Positions 47,186 through 59,726 of a stretch of 64,000 nt of DNA are shown in pieces. The first letter of the stretch is position 1; the number at the start of each line of letters is the position of its first letter. Made by a program: the position numbers and the translations under genes. Origin of the DNA: Perkinsela sp. CCAP 1560/9 (Eukaryota; Protista; Euglenozoa: Kinetoplastea). The stretch lies in assembly GCA_965644495.1 (NCBI GenBank), contig CBFFSA010000010.1:496001-560000 (forward strand), written 5' to 3'. Under the pieces are notes generated by a model, which had not been told where the DNA came from, did not search any database, and worked only from the letters and a program-made list of their open reading frames with translations.

Positions 47186-48929
47186 TTAGAAGTGACTCAT
47201 GCTGCGCGCTTCGCGTTGAAAACTACCACCGCGTTTAACGAAGTGCCTAAAAAAGAAAATTGACCTGGGACGCTGACGAAAAGGGAAGGATTTGAGACAA
47301 AAATAGCCGATGTTTAGGTAACAATGGGGTGATTTTTGCGTATTTTTTCTCTCAGAGCACTAAATTCGAGTGGGAAATCACTCGTACGCATGTATTCGAG
47401 GCTACAGAACGTATTGGATAGAGAATGCGACTCCATTCCATTTTTTTGTGGTGAAAAAGCCCAAATTTCAGGCGACGATTGTGAATGTTTACCCCAAATT
47501 CGGGACGTTTATGATGCCCTACCATAATGAGTAGGAGGCGCATCTGGCGAAAAAAACGTCGTATAATGGTAGCTGATGTTCCAAACTCTCAAAATACGTT
47601 TTAGGAGTCGATTTTAGAAAAACAGTAATCTTACTTTTTTTTTGGGTCTAATATTTTTTTTTGGTCATCTCAAAAATTTAGGAAATTTTGACCTTGTCGG
47701 ACCCCTCCCGCGCGTACAAGGGGGGGTACCCCCAGGTGGTGGGGATGGAAAATTATCGCCGCGGCATACTCTACCACTTCCCAGCGCTCGATTTTGAAAA
47801 GCAAAAGGTTCTAAAAAAATTCTCGACGTATACCCCACCCCCCATGGACCCTCCGATGGGCCCGCCATTTTTTTCAATTTTTTTTTCAGTTTTGGACCAC
47901 CGGAGCCCCCTTTTATATTTTTTTCTTCTATTATAGTACTGTGTTCCTCTTTATATTTTCACTGTTTTTGTTCACTTTTTTTTCAATAATCGAGGGTAGA
48001 GCGGCAGTTATACAACCACCGCAATAATTAGTTATCCTACCAAAGTAGTTATAACCCTCCCAACGAATACAGGAGTGAAACCTTCCATCTGGGGGGTATT
48101 TATAAAAATTGTCCAATTTTGGAAAATAATAGCGCATTGGAGAGCTCTCGCAGAGTTGTATGTCTTTGGCGTGTTCGGAACGCTCGACTTGAACGATTTA
48201 ATCCGGTGACAAAAAAGATAGTTTTTTTCTTGTGAAAATATGGCAAATTGAATTTTTCCCCCAGACTTCGAGAAAACACAGTTTTATTCCAGGACGTACC
48301 AAAGTGTTTGGGTCCACTAGGGAACTGTAAAACTCTGGGTGGAGCGATTCATCTTTTTTACGATAAACTTCAGGCAAAAGACAAAGATAAATTTGATAAT
48401 ACGTTAAAAAACTTTAGAAAAGGTTGTAGAATCATCGTAGAAAAGAAAAGTGCATATTGTGGATGCTTCACGGGTTTTAAAATAATGGTTTCTGAAAATA
48501 ACTGAGATTTTTACAAAGTTCAAAATTTTGAGATCTAGGCGTTCCCGCTGTTTTTAGTCCCTTGAAAATAAAAAGTTTTATGTTTTTATTTAAGTGATGT
48601 ACCCCCCCTAGTTCTCTCATACGTCATCCCCCTGCTAGTTAACTGTCACTTTTTTGTCATCTTTTTCATAAAGCAAACCGGAAATTTAATTTCCTTTCTT
48701 TTCTGTTTGAAAGTGAATGGTCGTGCGCAGGAAGAAAAGAAGGAAAACCTGGTGGACAGAAATCTTTTAGGGGTTAAATATGCCTCTTTTTGTAGCTCTT
48801 TGCTCTTTCTATTTTTTGGTGACAGCCCCCCCCCCCAGTTATCTGCCACACCCCTATCCGCCCCCTACTTATCTGCCACCTGTTCCCGAAAAGTAGCGAT
48901 AGATACTGTAACTAGGATGGGTACCGTAT

Positions 48930-50000
48930 TCGATCGCAGTCAGTGATTCTTCAGCAGACAGCAAGGAGTGTTCGCGGAGAAATTCTATAAACGAGGGCAC
49001 GGGTTAACATGCCTGTAGCACCGTAACATGCCCCCCGGCATGTTATAGTGAAACAGGGTCCTATAACATGCCCCCCACTCCGATTTGCTCGGCGAATCCG
49101 ACCTTTTTTTCTGGTACACTACGGTTTCCTCTTGTTCCCTTTATCTTTATTTGATTTAAGTCTCTCTTTAGGATAATACTGTGTTCCTTTTTCTGTGTCG
49201 GATCAGTGCCATAGCAGTGTAGTTCCTTTTATTCCATAGCAGTGTAGTTCCTTTTATTCGGAGCCAAGCAAACTGCCTTACTTCCTGAAACGGGCGCCTG
49301 CCAAACTACCCTGGAAAGCGCCACTGGAAGCGTGCCGTCGACATGTAGCGCTTAGGGTCTTTCTTCCGTTTCGGAGAAACGGATCATAAGCATACATACA
49401 GTATATCTGTTCTCGGTGCTGCATACTCTTTTGTTCCCCCTGAAGTCGCAACAGCCTGTGTGATTTCCCATGCGCAATTTTCGGATTTAGTGCTTTGAGA
49501 GCACACATACGTAAAATAATCTTTTTTGTGTCGATTGCTTTCTTTTTTTTCGAACGGAAACTCAAAAATTTAACATGCCTGTAACACCATAACATGACCC
49601 CCCGGCATGTTAATCTGTAACGCCGTTTATATAAATCAGTCGTTCCGACAGTGCTACCTAGAATTGAAAAATTCTCCCCGCTCGTATTCTGAGTGGCCTG
49701 TATGTTGTTGAAGCTTTCCAGGTATTTAGCGCATTCAGGATGAGTGATCGCCTCACATTTGTTCACGTTTAGGCAAATGCCCCACTGTGAGCTGACTTTT
49801 TCGATGATGTCCAAAGCTCATCTGACATCTTGAGCCTTTCCCCCCAGAATCCCATCGTTCAAATACCACGGTTTGCAAGTACAATGGAGAAATGTAATGT
49901 ATATCTGAAAACGGGAACCCATGGTCCACGTCAGGCTCTTGATCCCAATGAGCCTTCTATTCATTACTGTGTCATGCGGATCACGCCGCTGCGGTATACA
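48930..50000 (-). pseudogene. CRE/SLACS-clade RT remnant interrupted by the 48990-49627 element
   Basis: WYLNDGILGG (degenerate WYLDDG), GICLNVNKCE and ILGSTVGT; the frame resumes as IEFLREH beyond the insert. Confidence 0.65.
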
Positions 50001-50090
50001 TGGTTTCGATTTTATCTGTCTTTGGTTGACCTTTACAAGGCAGAACAGGTTGAATGAATACCTCTTTCCACTCTTTTTCACAATCTTCTT

Positions 50091-52053
50091 TTAGTTGGAC
50101 TGCTCCAAACGCTCGAATTCTTTTTCCAAAACTCCCTTTAGATCGGCGTGCAAGTCTTGTTGTGAGTAGGTAAACCGGTACCCGTTATCAATAAACATCA
50201 AGGATGCACTTTTGGTATTCGGTAAGTGATGGAGAACTGATGTACCAGCATGCGTAATCTTAACCGAACTCTTCCAACCCATTGGTAAAGTAGCCCAAGC
50301 ATAAGTTCGACCACAAACACGAATAGCGAAATAAGGCAACGCCGACAGTAGAAGGGAAAGCTGGTTGTACCAGCTTTTTTCGTCTGTCTCGCAAAAGAAA
50401 CTATTTTTCCGAACCATTGCTTCAATATCGGCTAGCCGCGGGAGATCCAAACGTCCTGGTACCATTTCCTGTACTTCATTCAAAGGAATCGCGTTCAGTA
50501 TTGCCCGCAAGGTTCGTTTGGGACGAGAAACGCCGGCATCCATATTTTTACTTTTCGACACGGGAAGGGTAAAATAATTTCACTTTGAGTAAGTCTTCTA
50601 AAAAATGGGCAAGAAATTTGGATTCGCCTCCATAAACCAGCGTGCCCCTAGTACACGCTAAGCCAATATACCATGAAGAACGTTTTTTATATTGCCGTTA
50701 ACTGTGGTTGTCTCAAAAATTGAATTACCTGTTCGTAGGACATAGGATTCGCCTTTATAACGGAAGTGGCTCTTCTCATCATAGCCGTTTTCAACGCCTC
50801 TATCTGATCCAAATCCAGCTCTACGCCCAAGAGAGAATACTCGTTCACCAAATGGCAGAGATATTGTACCACTGTTTGTCCTTTTACGCTCTCTTGATTG
50901 TGTAAATGGAGAGCAAACGCCGCGAGCATATTCTCTTCCTCTAGCACATATCTCTGGATGTGGACTCGTTCTGCGAAACTTGCGAATCTCTTCCACAGCC
51001 TTTTCATGATCTCCTGCGTTCCAGGAGAAGACTTCTCGTGGAAAATTTCTTCCGCTCGGTATACACAGCTCTCTTTTTTATGTACAGATGCAGACCCCCC
51101 GTTTAAGCGCACTTTTCACGGAAAACGAGGTGCGCTTAAACGGGAGGACAGTATACTGCGCCTCTCATAAATAATAATAATTATAACTTTCTTTGAATTT
51201 ATCTGAGATAGATAGTATTTGCGTTCCCAATTCATTAATGTTATCCAGCTCATCTGGAATCGCAGCAAAAGTGTTTTCTCCCTCAATATCAGAGGACTCC
51301 TCCTCCTCATCCACAAAATTATGATAATTGAAAAGCTCGTATCGCCGAGTCCATGCAGTTCGACCATTTTCTGTCTCAGCAAGAAAAGTGTGAGTAAAGC
51401 CAGTGTTCGTCCACGCAGCTCGATTTGCTTTTCGCTGTAAATCTGAATTCGTGTGCGAGTACACTTTCTCCAAAGAATCTAAGAGACACCCTTTTGAGAA
51501 ACGAGCACACAATGCCACGATAGAGCCAATTGCTTTACCAGAACTCCGTTGCTGGCGACAGTATTCATCGGTACCTCCTGGTTTCGTTTTACCAATTCGT
51601 CACAGCATTCCAGGTGACTCTGAATTGTGTCCAATGCATCTTTGAGTCCGATCGCATCCCCCGGCACCGCGGTCGGATCCGCTGAGTTTCCAAAAGTTTT
51701 CTCACCACCTGTTCGATGCGCTGAATGAGCTGTCGTCGCAAGTTGTCGGAGCAGTAGTGTTCAGGTTTCCAATTTTCCGGTTGTAAGACATGTTCTTGGG
51801 GCAGATCGTGAATGGAAAGGTCATACGAGGAATGAGAAACCGCGGATCGCGCTATCATTTGGAGCGCTTCCTTATTTTCAGTGTTTAACCTGTATAAATC
51901 GCCTTCCATTCTATCTAACCGGCCTATCTGCGATCGAAGGTGCAACATTTCCTCTTGCAGAGCTTGTATTTGTCCAGCATTTGCGTCAAAGTTCGAGGTC
52001 AACAGAGTCAGTTGGCGCATGACGTCCGAAGCGGAGGGCTGGTTGTTCGGCAT
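50091..52053 (-). mobile_element. Degenerate VIPER/TATE-like retroelement (gag-like, tyrosine recombinase N-terminus, RT)
   Basis: A coiled-coil ORF, then a recombinase core-binding-like region (...KRLWKRFASF...TVVQYL...KANPMSYEQV), then RT motifs D.KSWYNQ, LPMGW and FIDN. Confidence 0.7.
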
Positions 52054-53112
52054 ATATGGCGGAAATTGTCGCAGTTTCTTAAATATCTTTCAGAATAAGT
52101 ATGATTTTAGAATCAAGAATTTTAGAATCTAAGAAACTCCAACAGAAAATTTTGTTTCCGTATTTTGTATACATCTATAGCATTTTGTATACGTCCATAT
52201 TCTTTAATAAATAAGATATCTTTTTACATTTTCTACAGCGAACTTCAGCCGATTATCTAGCGCTTCTTCCCCACTGCCAAGCGTACCTCACGGCGAAAAA
52301 CTGCAGCTTTATGCAAAAAAATGTCAGAAAAACAATTTCAATGCACGGAAAAGATGATAGGCAACATTTAGAGCACATAAAAAGAAATTTTTTATGAGAA
52401 ATAATGCTTCACTTTCACCAAATCGTTTTCAGTCAGTCGGAAGAGTTGGTATAAAAGTATGCCCTTTTCACCGGTATTTTAAACCCCACGTTTGAAAGGC
52501 ATTTGTGGACCAGTCCTCCACAACGAGGATGGATACAGCCGAACCTGATCCTGGATGTCCTTTAGGCGCTTCTGCGCAGAGGAAAGTTCATGTTCGGGTT
52601 TTTCTTCCGTGGGTTCCTTCGTTTCCATGTTTTTAGAGTCTGCTTCAATCTCAGGTACGGCATCTCATAGAGCGACGTGCATCTCATCAGTTACGTTTCG
52701 TGAATTAAAGTAAGTAAATAATAAAGCTGCGGACGCAAGTTCTATTTTTAAATTTTTTACGCCTTCGGTAGTTTTTCCGTTTCTTGCCATAGAGGCAACT
52801 TTTTCAAAAATATCTTCATCGTTGACTACGCGTTTACCGTATTGGATAGCACCTGGTAAGCAACGTACCAGTATACTTCCGACATGTATGCCCTTGCGCT
52901 TCAGGGAACAGAGCTTCTTAAAAAAAGTGCACTGGTCCGTAGGAATTAACAATTTTGAGGTCATTTCGCAGTAATTGTCAGTAGCAAAAGATGTTGACCA
53001 CAAAGTATGCAGTGTTTCATAGATACGCCGATCTGCTTCACTGGGTATGTCCACACTAAGTATGGATACATACAAGTATTACTTGTACTGAGCACTTATA
53101 CATGTACATGTA

Positions 53113-53851
53113 AAGGGGTGTAAATTTGGATGTGGGGGGGGTCTAAAATTTGTAAAACTTGGCCAATTTGGAAAATAATAGCGCATTCGAGAGCCCTCGA
53201 ACCGGGCTCATGAACGTGCATGTACGGCATCTGCGTTAATTAGATTTTCAAGTGCACATAAAAAACTCATTTTTTTGGGAGACAAAATCTTGCATTTTTC
53301 ACAGGTTTTCTGATTTCTCCCCTGATTCATGCAACAAAGACGGAGTTGTGGGCGATCGCCCGAACACAAAGACTACGAAAGGGCTTATTCTTCGCCTGGG
53401 CACGTAAAAGCAAGCTGGTGCATGGTTCTTGTTGCCGATTACGAAACAACACAATCTTTTTCGCTCTAAAAATTTATTTTCCATAGTGCGCGACTTCAAA
53501 AATGGTTGAGCCCCTCGGAATCGCGCAGATTTGATCATTGCGATCGAAGCATCGTTTCAAGGCCCCTGAAAATGCCATGCAGAGCTTTCGAAAGCGATGC
53601 CGTATTGTAATTGAGATAAAACGACGATAATGGCAATTATTAATATATTTTTTTGATATTTGCTATTGCTTTAGAAAGTTGCAAATAGCATTTGGGGGTT
53701 CTTTGTCTAGGGGGTAATACCCCCTTCTGCCTAGTTCGGTCATGTTACGTTCATGAGCCCTGTTCGAGAGCTCTCGAATGCGCTATTATTTTCCGAAATT
53801 GGCCAATTTTTATAAATTTTAGACCCCCCCACGTCCAAATTTACACCCCTG
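53113..53851. mobile_element. Tc1-type MITE with ~105-bp TIRs
   Basis: TA|AAGGGGTGTAAATTTGGA ... TCCAAATTTACACCCCTG|TA. Confidence 0.85.
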
Positions 53852-53872
53852 TATGTGCATACTCGTATACTA

Positions 53873-54193
53873 CCTTATACCCCCCCCCAGTAAGAGAATG
53901 GGTTTTGGGTCGAAATGGCCAAATCTCTCTTACTGGGGGGGTATGCTTTTTTGGCCAGTTTCCTCTTTTCTCCCTACTTTTTTGACTATTTGTTTCTATT
54001 TTTTCTTCTGAAAACGTGTCAAAACGCTTATTTGGGTTACCCCCGAGGCCCCCAACATGCAGACACCCACCCCCTACCCCCTATACGCCCCCTGTGGGGC
54101 TCCCGAGCCAAATCTCTCTTACTGGGGATCAGCCCAAAAAGGGCCAAATCTCTCTTACTGGGGGGGTACCTTACTGGGGGGGGGGGTATACGG
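53873..54193. mobile_element. pogo-like MITE
   Basis: TA|CCTTATACCCCCCCCAGTAAG ... CTTACTGGGGGGGGGGTATACGG|TA with internal CCAAATCTCTCTTACTGGGG repeats. Confidence 0.75.
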
Positions 54194-55484
54194 TAGTAGT
54201 GGTAGTCATACCCTAACTAGTAATTACTATAGTAATTACTATGAGTTACTACTTTTGAGTCTTCCCATGAATGTTATTGCCATTTTAAAAACACAGTTAT
54301 TTTTGAAATTTTATTTCATTGTTTTATGGCGGATATGTTATTAGCTTTGGCGGTATCTGTAGTGTCTCTCATACTACTGTAGTAGTACTCGTATGCTATA
54401 CGTAGTTACTTGTACACGCTGGTATAATACAGTCATACTAACTTTTTGTTTGACCCAGATACGTACCAAACATATGGGGCCATGACGCCCCTTTGTGGGG
54501 ATGATACACTTGCAATGCTACAAACATAGCATGTCATGATGCCTCTTTGTGAGGATGACATTACACCGTTAGCAATCACCAAGATCGGGAATACAGAAAT
54601 GCCGGGTCATGACACCCCTCTGTGGGGATGACTTCGCGCGACAGCTTTCTGCATTGGTCTTATGCACGCGGTCCTCAGTAACAAAACGGTATTTGCCTTT
54701 TCTACTGTGGTTTACAGTTTTGGTCTAGGTATTCACTCAAGCCCCTGTAAGCTTTGAAACTCTTTTACTGTCCACAGTGTACTTCTTCCCTCTACGCTGT
54801 AAAGTTTCCTTCTTTTTATTTCTAATGCGTTTCCAGATAGTAGAAATGCGTTTTCTATCACTGCTGATTCCCGTCATAGTTGCCAAATTAGAAACAGCAT
54901 TTGTCGCCCTTCGTCCCTCATTATAGATTTCCGCGAAAAACTTAATTAATTAATAGTTAATTATTTAAAAAATGTACGCTTCATCAACGGCACGCTTTAG
55001 AAAGGCGTTTTCTTCATTTCGGTCCTTTACTACTACGTACTTTGCTACCACTTTCAAAAACTCTTTTTTCCACGTGACCGCAGAGTTTTGTTGATGCAGC
55101 ATTGGGAAGAAATGACTTGATTTTCAATTCGCTGACTAATTTTTATTACATATAGAAATTTCGAGGATGTATTCTTTTGATTGGTGGAAAGATTTAGGTC
55201 GTAATTTTGACACCTCCCCTTTGCGACGCGGCTCCAGCTTAGAGAATTTGTTCTGTGGGAATATTCGTTTCGCCAACTGAGGACGCAACTCAGGTCACGC
55301 CCCCTCCTCCATAATTGATGGATTTTGGATTCCTTTTCCGAGTTTGGAAACATAACTAGTATATATTATACACAATCTGTATAAAGATGGGGAATAAGTG
55401 ACTTTGCTTAAAGTCCCTTTCGACTTATTTTTGTACTCCAAAAAAATCTTTTTTTAGGTCTGTTGCCCCATCGATTCATTACCT

Positions 55485-58103
55485 ATGATAACTTCTTCGC
55501 AATACAAAAACGGGAAGCACTACAGTTCGGTGTTTACGAAACTCGTGGATCTTGAAAGAGAGTACTGCATGCGAGAAGAATCCGCGAAACGACTCCGCAA
55601 CCTCACCGTTAAATGTTACACAACGGAGGGAAAGCAGCACGGAACCTTTACGGTCAAAGATGAGTGCCTTCGTGGTCTCAATCTTGTCCCAGGCGACCGA
55701 GTCACATTTAAGCGAGAAACTTTCAAAGAAAATACGAATAAAAAACAACAGGGTGGGTCGATAGTCGCATCAGACGTCGACTGGTTGGAATCTGGATGCA
55801 TCTTTGGCGGAGACGGAAGCCTTGAGGTTACGAAAATTTTGCCACTGGAATTTGAAATGGGAACATCCACAGTTCACTGGATATACAGTCGTAACAACGT
55901 AGATTGCACTGTCAACACTGAGCGGAGGGTCAACAAGGTGGCGTGCGCAAAATTGTGGGATGACACGTGTTATGTGCGTATGAAACAGGCACTAGAGTCC
56001 TTTGCCGCGGGTCCCGATCCAGAGAAACTCTCATACGACCTCCACCTCATTTTCTTGGGCAAATGCAACGATATGGATTTATCATCCAAATTTTCTGACC
56101 TCTGCCGAATCAACGGCTCTTCATCGGAGGAAGATTCAAGTGCGTTGTCTGCGGATAAAGCGACCGAAAAGAGTTCTCAAGTCGAGTGCCCCTCAGATTC
56201 AACGGAAAGTTCAGCTGAACAAGTCCCAAGTGAGTCGTCTGAAGTAGACAATGCGGTATCTCATATCGATGAGGACTCTCCCATTTTGGAAAAGATTTCA
56301 TCGCGACTTGTTTCAAATGAATCACCTGAGCACGACACGATAGACGCCTTATCACGAGATGTGCCGTCTGGGAAAGAAGTAGTTGATCCAGTAACGCATG
56401 CTGAGGCTAGCAAATATCCGAACAAGAGTCCATCGGAACATGCTTTAGCTGAATCACCGGACCATGACGCTGTCGATGCATTATCTCCAACGGTCGATGG
56501 TCTCGAAATTAACCAAAATCAGCCGAGTACCGTACAAAAGGCAAGTCCAGACAACGAACTCAGCAACATTTCTGTGGAAACCAGCATCCCCTTTCTCGTG
56601 GCGCTCAACGAGAGTCAAAAGGAAGCCATTCAACACGCCCTACGAGGCCCACTCACGCTAATTCAGGGACCCCCGGGGACGGGAAAGACAACAACATGTA
56701 CGGCCATTGTGTATCATATGGAAAAATTGATGTGCTCCCGAATCCTAGTGGCCTCCCCAAGTAACGTGGCGGTGGATCACATTGCGGAGCGACTGGCAAA
56801 ATGTGGTCTTCATGTCGTTCGTGTCTACGCACAAAAGAAGGAGTCCTCCCCGCAGTGTCCAAAACACCCTTTTGCTCTACATGTTCTCGTGGATGAACGC
56901 CTTGCCGGGGATCCACGTTACCAAAAATGGAAAAGAAAAAGGAAAGCGCGAAAAGAAAGAAGTACTAAACGGCACAGAAGTACAAATCGCGAAACGCAAG
57001 ACGAACGGAATCACACGTGGCGAAACTTCCTCCTTGACTTCGACGACGACAGCGATAACGAAGGGGAAGAGCAAAAGATTCGTGAACTCATCCGAGAAAC
57101 AGAAAACTCCATTCTAGAAGCCGCGCGGGTGATTTGTACGACCTGTTCCGGAGCCGCCGACACCCGTCTCTCCTTGTTTTCGTTTTCCCATGTGCTGATC
57201 GACGAAGCCACGCAGGCGTGTGAGCCGGAGACGTTAATTCCCTTGGTCAAAGGCACGCAGTGTGCGGTACTCATTGGGGACCACAAACAACTCGGTCCCA
57301 CGGTGCTTTGTCGAGAGGCAGAGCAAAAAGGGCTCGGGGGGACGCTTTTTGAGCGTCTGCTCTCGAACGGGATGACTCCTCATATGCTACGGGTCCAATA
57401 CCGTATGCATCCTGCGATTGCCGCCTTTCCGGCACAACACTTTTATGCAGGAGAGCTGCACAGTAAAGAATGGCCGGAGACGTATTGCGCCAATCGCGAT
57501 CACTTTCCGTGGCCGAATACTCAAGCCCCAGTTGTGTTTGTTCACACTTTCGGACCGGAGGATGAAAAGCAAAGCGACATGTATCCAACCAACAAATCCA
57601 AAGAAGGACGAAAAAAATCAAAACTTCATCATTCTCACAAATCCCCTTCCAATCGTAAAGAGGCGGTTGTCGTACGGGAGTGCGTGATGCGACTCTTGAA
57701 AGGGGGCGTAGGGGGGGAGAAGATTGCCGTCATCACGCCCTACTCCGGACAACGAGGCTGTGTGTTGGGTGAGTTTCAATCCACCATGAGAAGAAGCCCT
57801 TTTATACAAGCAAAGGCGTTGCCGCTTGTCGAGGTGAACACGGTGGATGCGTTCCAGGGTCGGGAAAAGGAATATGTCGTGCTCAGCTGTGTAAGGAGTA
57901 GTCGCTCCGGGGGGATTGGGTTTCTGGCCGATCGTCGACGGATGAATGTGGCACTGACAAGAGCCCAGGAGGGGCTAATCATTATTGGAGATCAAGAAAC
58001 CTTGGGAAGAGACCGTTTGTGGAGTGAACTGTTGTCGTACTGTGATAAGCTATCGGTACTAGTGCAGGGCTCTCTGTCGAAGTTGGAAAAGGTACGAGAG
58101 TAG
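55485..58103 (+). CDS. UPF1-like superfamily 1B RNA helicase lacking the N-terminal CH domain
   Basis: QGPPGTGKT, SNVAVD, IDEATQ, GDHKQL, QYRMHP, TVDAFQGREKE and RRMNVALTRA; stalk-like YSSVFTKLVDLE at the N-terminus. Confidence 0.9.
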   Translation: MITSSQYKNGKHYSSVFTKLVDLEREYCMREESAKRLRNLTVKCYTTEGKQHGTFTVKDECLRGLNLVPGDRVTFKRETFKENTNKKQQGGSIVASDVDWLESGCIFGGDGSLEVTKILPLEFEMGTSTVHWIYSRNNVDCTVNTERRVNKVACAKLWDDTCYVRMKQALESFAAGPDPEKLSYDLHLIFLGKCNDMDLSSKFSDLCRINGSSSEEDSSALSADKATEKSSQVECPSDSTESSAEQVPSESSEVDNAVSHIDEDSPILEKISSRLVSNESPEHDTIDALSRDVPSGKEVVDPVTHAEASKYPNKSPSEHALAESPDHDAVDALSPTVDGLEINQNQPSTVQKASPDNELSNISVETSIPFLVALNESQKEAIQHALRGPLTLIQGPPGTGKTTTCTAIVYHMEKLMCSRILVASPSNVAVDHIAERLAKCGLHVVRVYAQKKESSPQCPKHPFALHVLVDERLAGDPRYQKWKRKRKARKERSTKRHRSTNRETQDERNHTWRNFLLDFDDDSDNEGEEQKIRELIRETENSILEAARVICTTCSGAADTRLSLFSFSHVLIDEATQACEPETLIPLVKGTQCAVLIGDHKQLGPTVLCREAEQKGLGGTLFERLLSNGMTPHMLRVQYRMHPAIAAFPAQHFYAGELHSKEWPETYCANRDHFPWPNTQAPVVFVHTFGPEDEKQSDMYPTNKSKEGRKKSKLHHSHKSPSNRKEAVVVRECVMRLLKGGVGGEKIAVITPYSGQRGCVLGEFQSTMRRSPFIQAKALPLVEVNTVDAFQGREKEYVVLSCVRSSRSGGIGFLADRRRMNVALTRAQEGLIIIGDQETLGRDRLWSELLSYCDKLSVLVQGSLSKLEKVRE

Positions 58104-58862
58104 GTCCTGGTTGCCGAAGGATTGGGCAAGGCGACGGTCGTTCATTCTCGAGGGGTGAATTTAGGAGTCTTTTTAGATGGAATCTAGGATTTTGTTTATA
58201 AATTTTAGAAATAAACATAGAGGTTAACCTTGCTTTTCTAATATTTTTTTGTATCGTACCAATGAAAGAAATCAATTTAGCTATATATCCACGCATATTC
58301 TGTTTCTTGTCTTTGCATATCCTGTTCAGTTCGCTATAATTCGTACGTTTATATTCTTCTTTTGATAGGACTTATATTTTTTTGATATGATTAATATTCT
58401 TTTTTGACTATACATTCTGTTTCTTCAAAAAAATCTTCAAAAAAAATATCTGTTTTAGTTATTCATAGTCTCATTTTCAGTGATTAATATTTTTACGCGA
58501 CTTTTCAATTTGTAATATTTCTTAGTTTTTTCAAGGTGAAAATAGAAATACATTCCCGTATTTCTTTTCTGTACTTTCGAATCCCTTTCCGTTTTCTTTA
58601 TCTCTTTAAAACGTTTGGGAATATTTTTTTTCGAAACAATCTCTTGCCCTCTATTATCAAAACTTGAACCAATAAAGTTATAATATAGAACTGGTGGAGC
58701 TTGCTTTTATAGTTTTAAATCGTTCCTTTAAAGTGCTTTTTCAATTTGAGTCTTTGATTTCATTTCATTGTTGCATCGAATCCTTCGTTTGGCTCTTTTA
58801 TCATTTGACTTTGTGAACGAACAAAAACTTAGTTTTCTTGTTTATTACTTGTGTATTCCTTT

Positions 58863-59726
58863 ATGACAAGTGACTGGATCTTCCCGCTACTCCTATATGC
58901 GGTTCCTTTTCAGCCTCACTATTGTGTAGCCCTAGCCGACCTGCCACAGCAACCTCCGCAGAAAAGGCGAAAATTCGGCAGCAAGGTCAGCTCAGTGACC
59001 CTGTCGGAGATCGATATGATGCGCCGTCTCGTGTTAAATGTGCTTTACACCCCTCCTTCGTGGAAGAAACGGGCCTCCGCTTGTTCTTGGAAAGGCGTAA
59101 AGTGTAACGCTGAGTCACAAGTCACACGCATCCGATGGTGTTTTTTCAAACTCTCCGGGAACCTCACATGGAGTTATTTGCCTCCAAACGTCACCTACTT
59201 CAATGCGGAAAACGATGTCATCGAAAGAACTTTGGCGGGAACCTTACGCTCCATCGATTTAATTGCCCCACTAGAAATCTTTAATGTTGCAGAACACAAG
59301 CATCGAGGCGTGTTTGATTTCACGACACTACCAGTACAGCTAAAAGAACTAACGCTACGGGTGAATGAGCTAGAAGGTCCTGTCGATCTCACTCAGTTAC
59401 CCCCAAAAATACGCACAATATTCGCTGAGAATAATCATTTTGTAGGGCCGATTAAACTTCACGCATTACCTCCTGGGATGTACGCCCTTGCCTTGAGTCA
59501 CAATAAGCTGACAGGGACGCTAGATCTTGATCATCTCCCGAAATCCATGGGCTTCCTTATTCTGGACAATAATCGTTTAGAGGGGACTCTTAACCTTTCT
59601 TCTCTTCCACGTTTAATAAATCTTGATGTCTCCATGAACCAGCTCACTGGAGTAACGTCAGGTATAGACAAGTACTGGCTTGATTACAAACCCCTGCGTG
59701 GCAACCTCTTTGACTTACCACTCTAA
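58863..59726 (+). CDS. Leucine-rich repeat protein (divergent LPQEY family)
   Basis: SKVSSVTLSE, ACSWKGVKC and about 7 LRRs; the first in-frame ATG was used as start. Confidence 0.85.
   Translation: MTSDWIFPLLLYAVPFQPHYCVALADLPQQPPQKRRKFGSKVSSVTLSEIDMMRRLVLNVLYTPPSWKKRASACSWKGVKCNAESQVTRIRWCFFKLSGNLTWSYLPPNVTYFNAENDVIERTLAGTLRSIDLIAPLEIFNVAEHKHRGVFDFTTLPVQLKELTLRVNELEGPVDLTQLPPKIRTIFAENNHFVGPIKLHALPPGMYALALSHNKLTGTLDLDHLPKSMGFLILDNNRLEGTLNLSSLPRLINLDVSMNQLTGVTSGIDKYWLDYKPLRGNLFDLPL

Noticed and set aside
52665-53075. 136-aa ORF as a named gene
   Set aside because: No recognisable motif, no ATG start, antisense to the host genes and truncated by a MITE.
54481-54632. CRISPR array
   Set aside because: Only three degenerate repeats with unequal spacers, a eukaryotic context and no cas genes.
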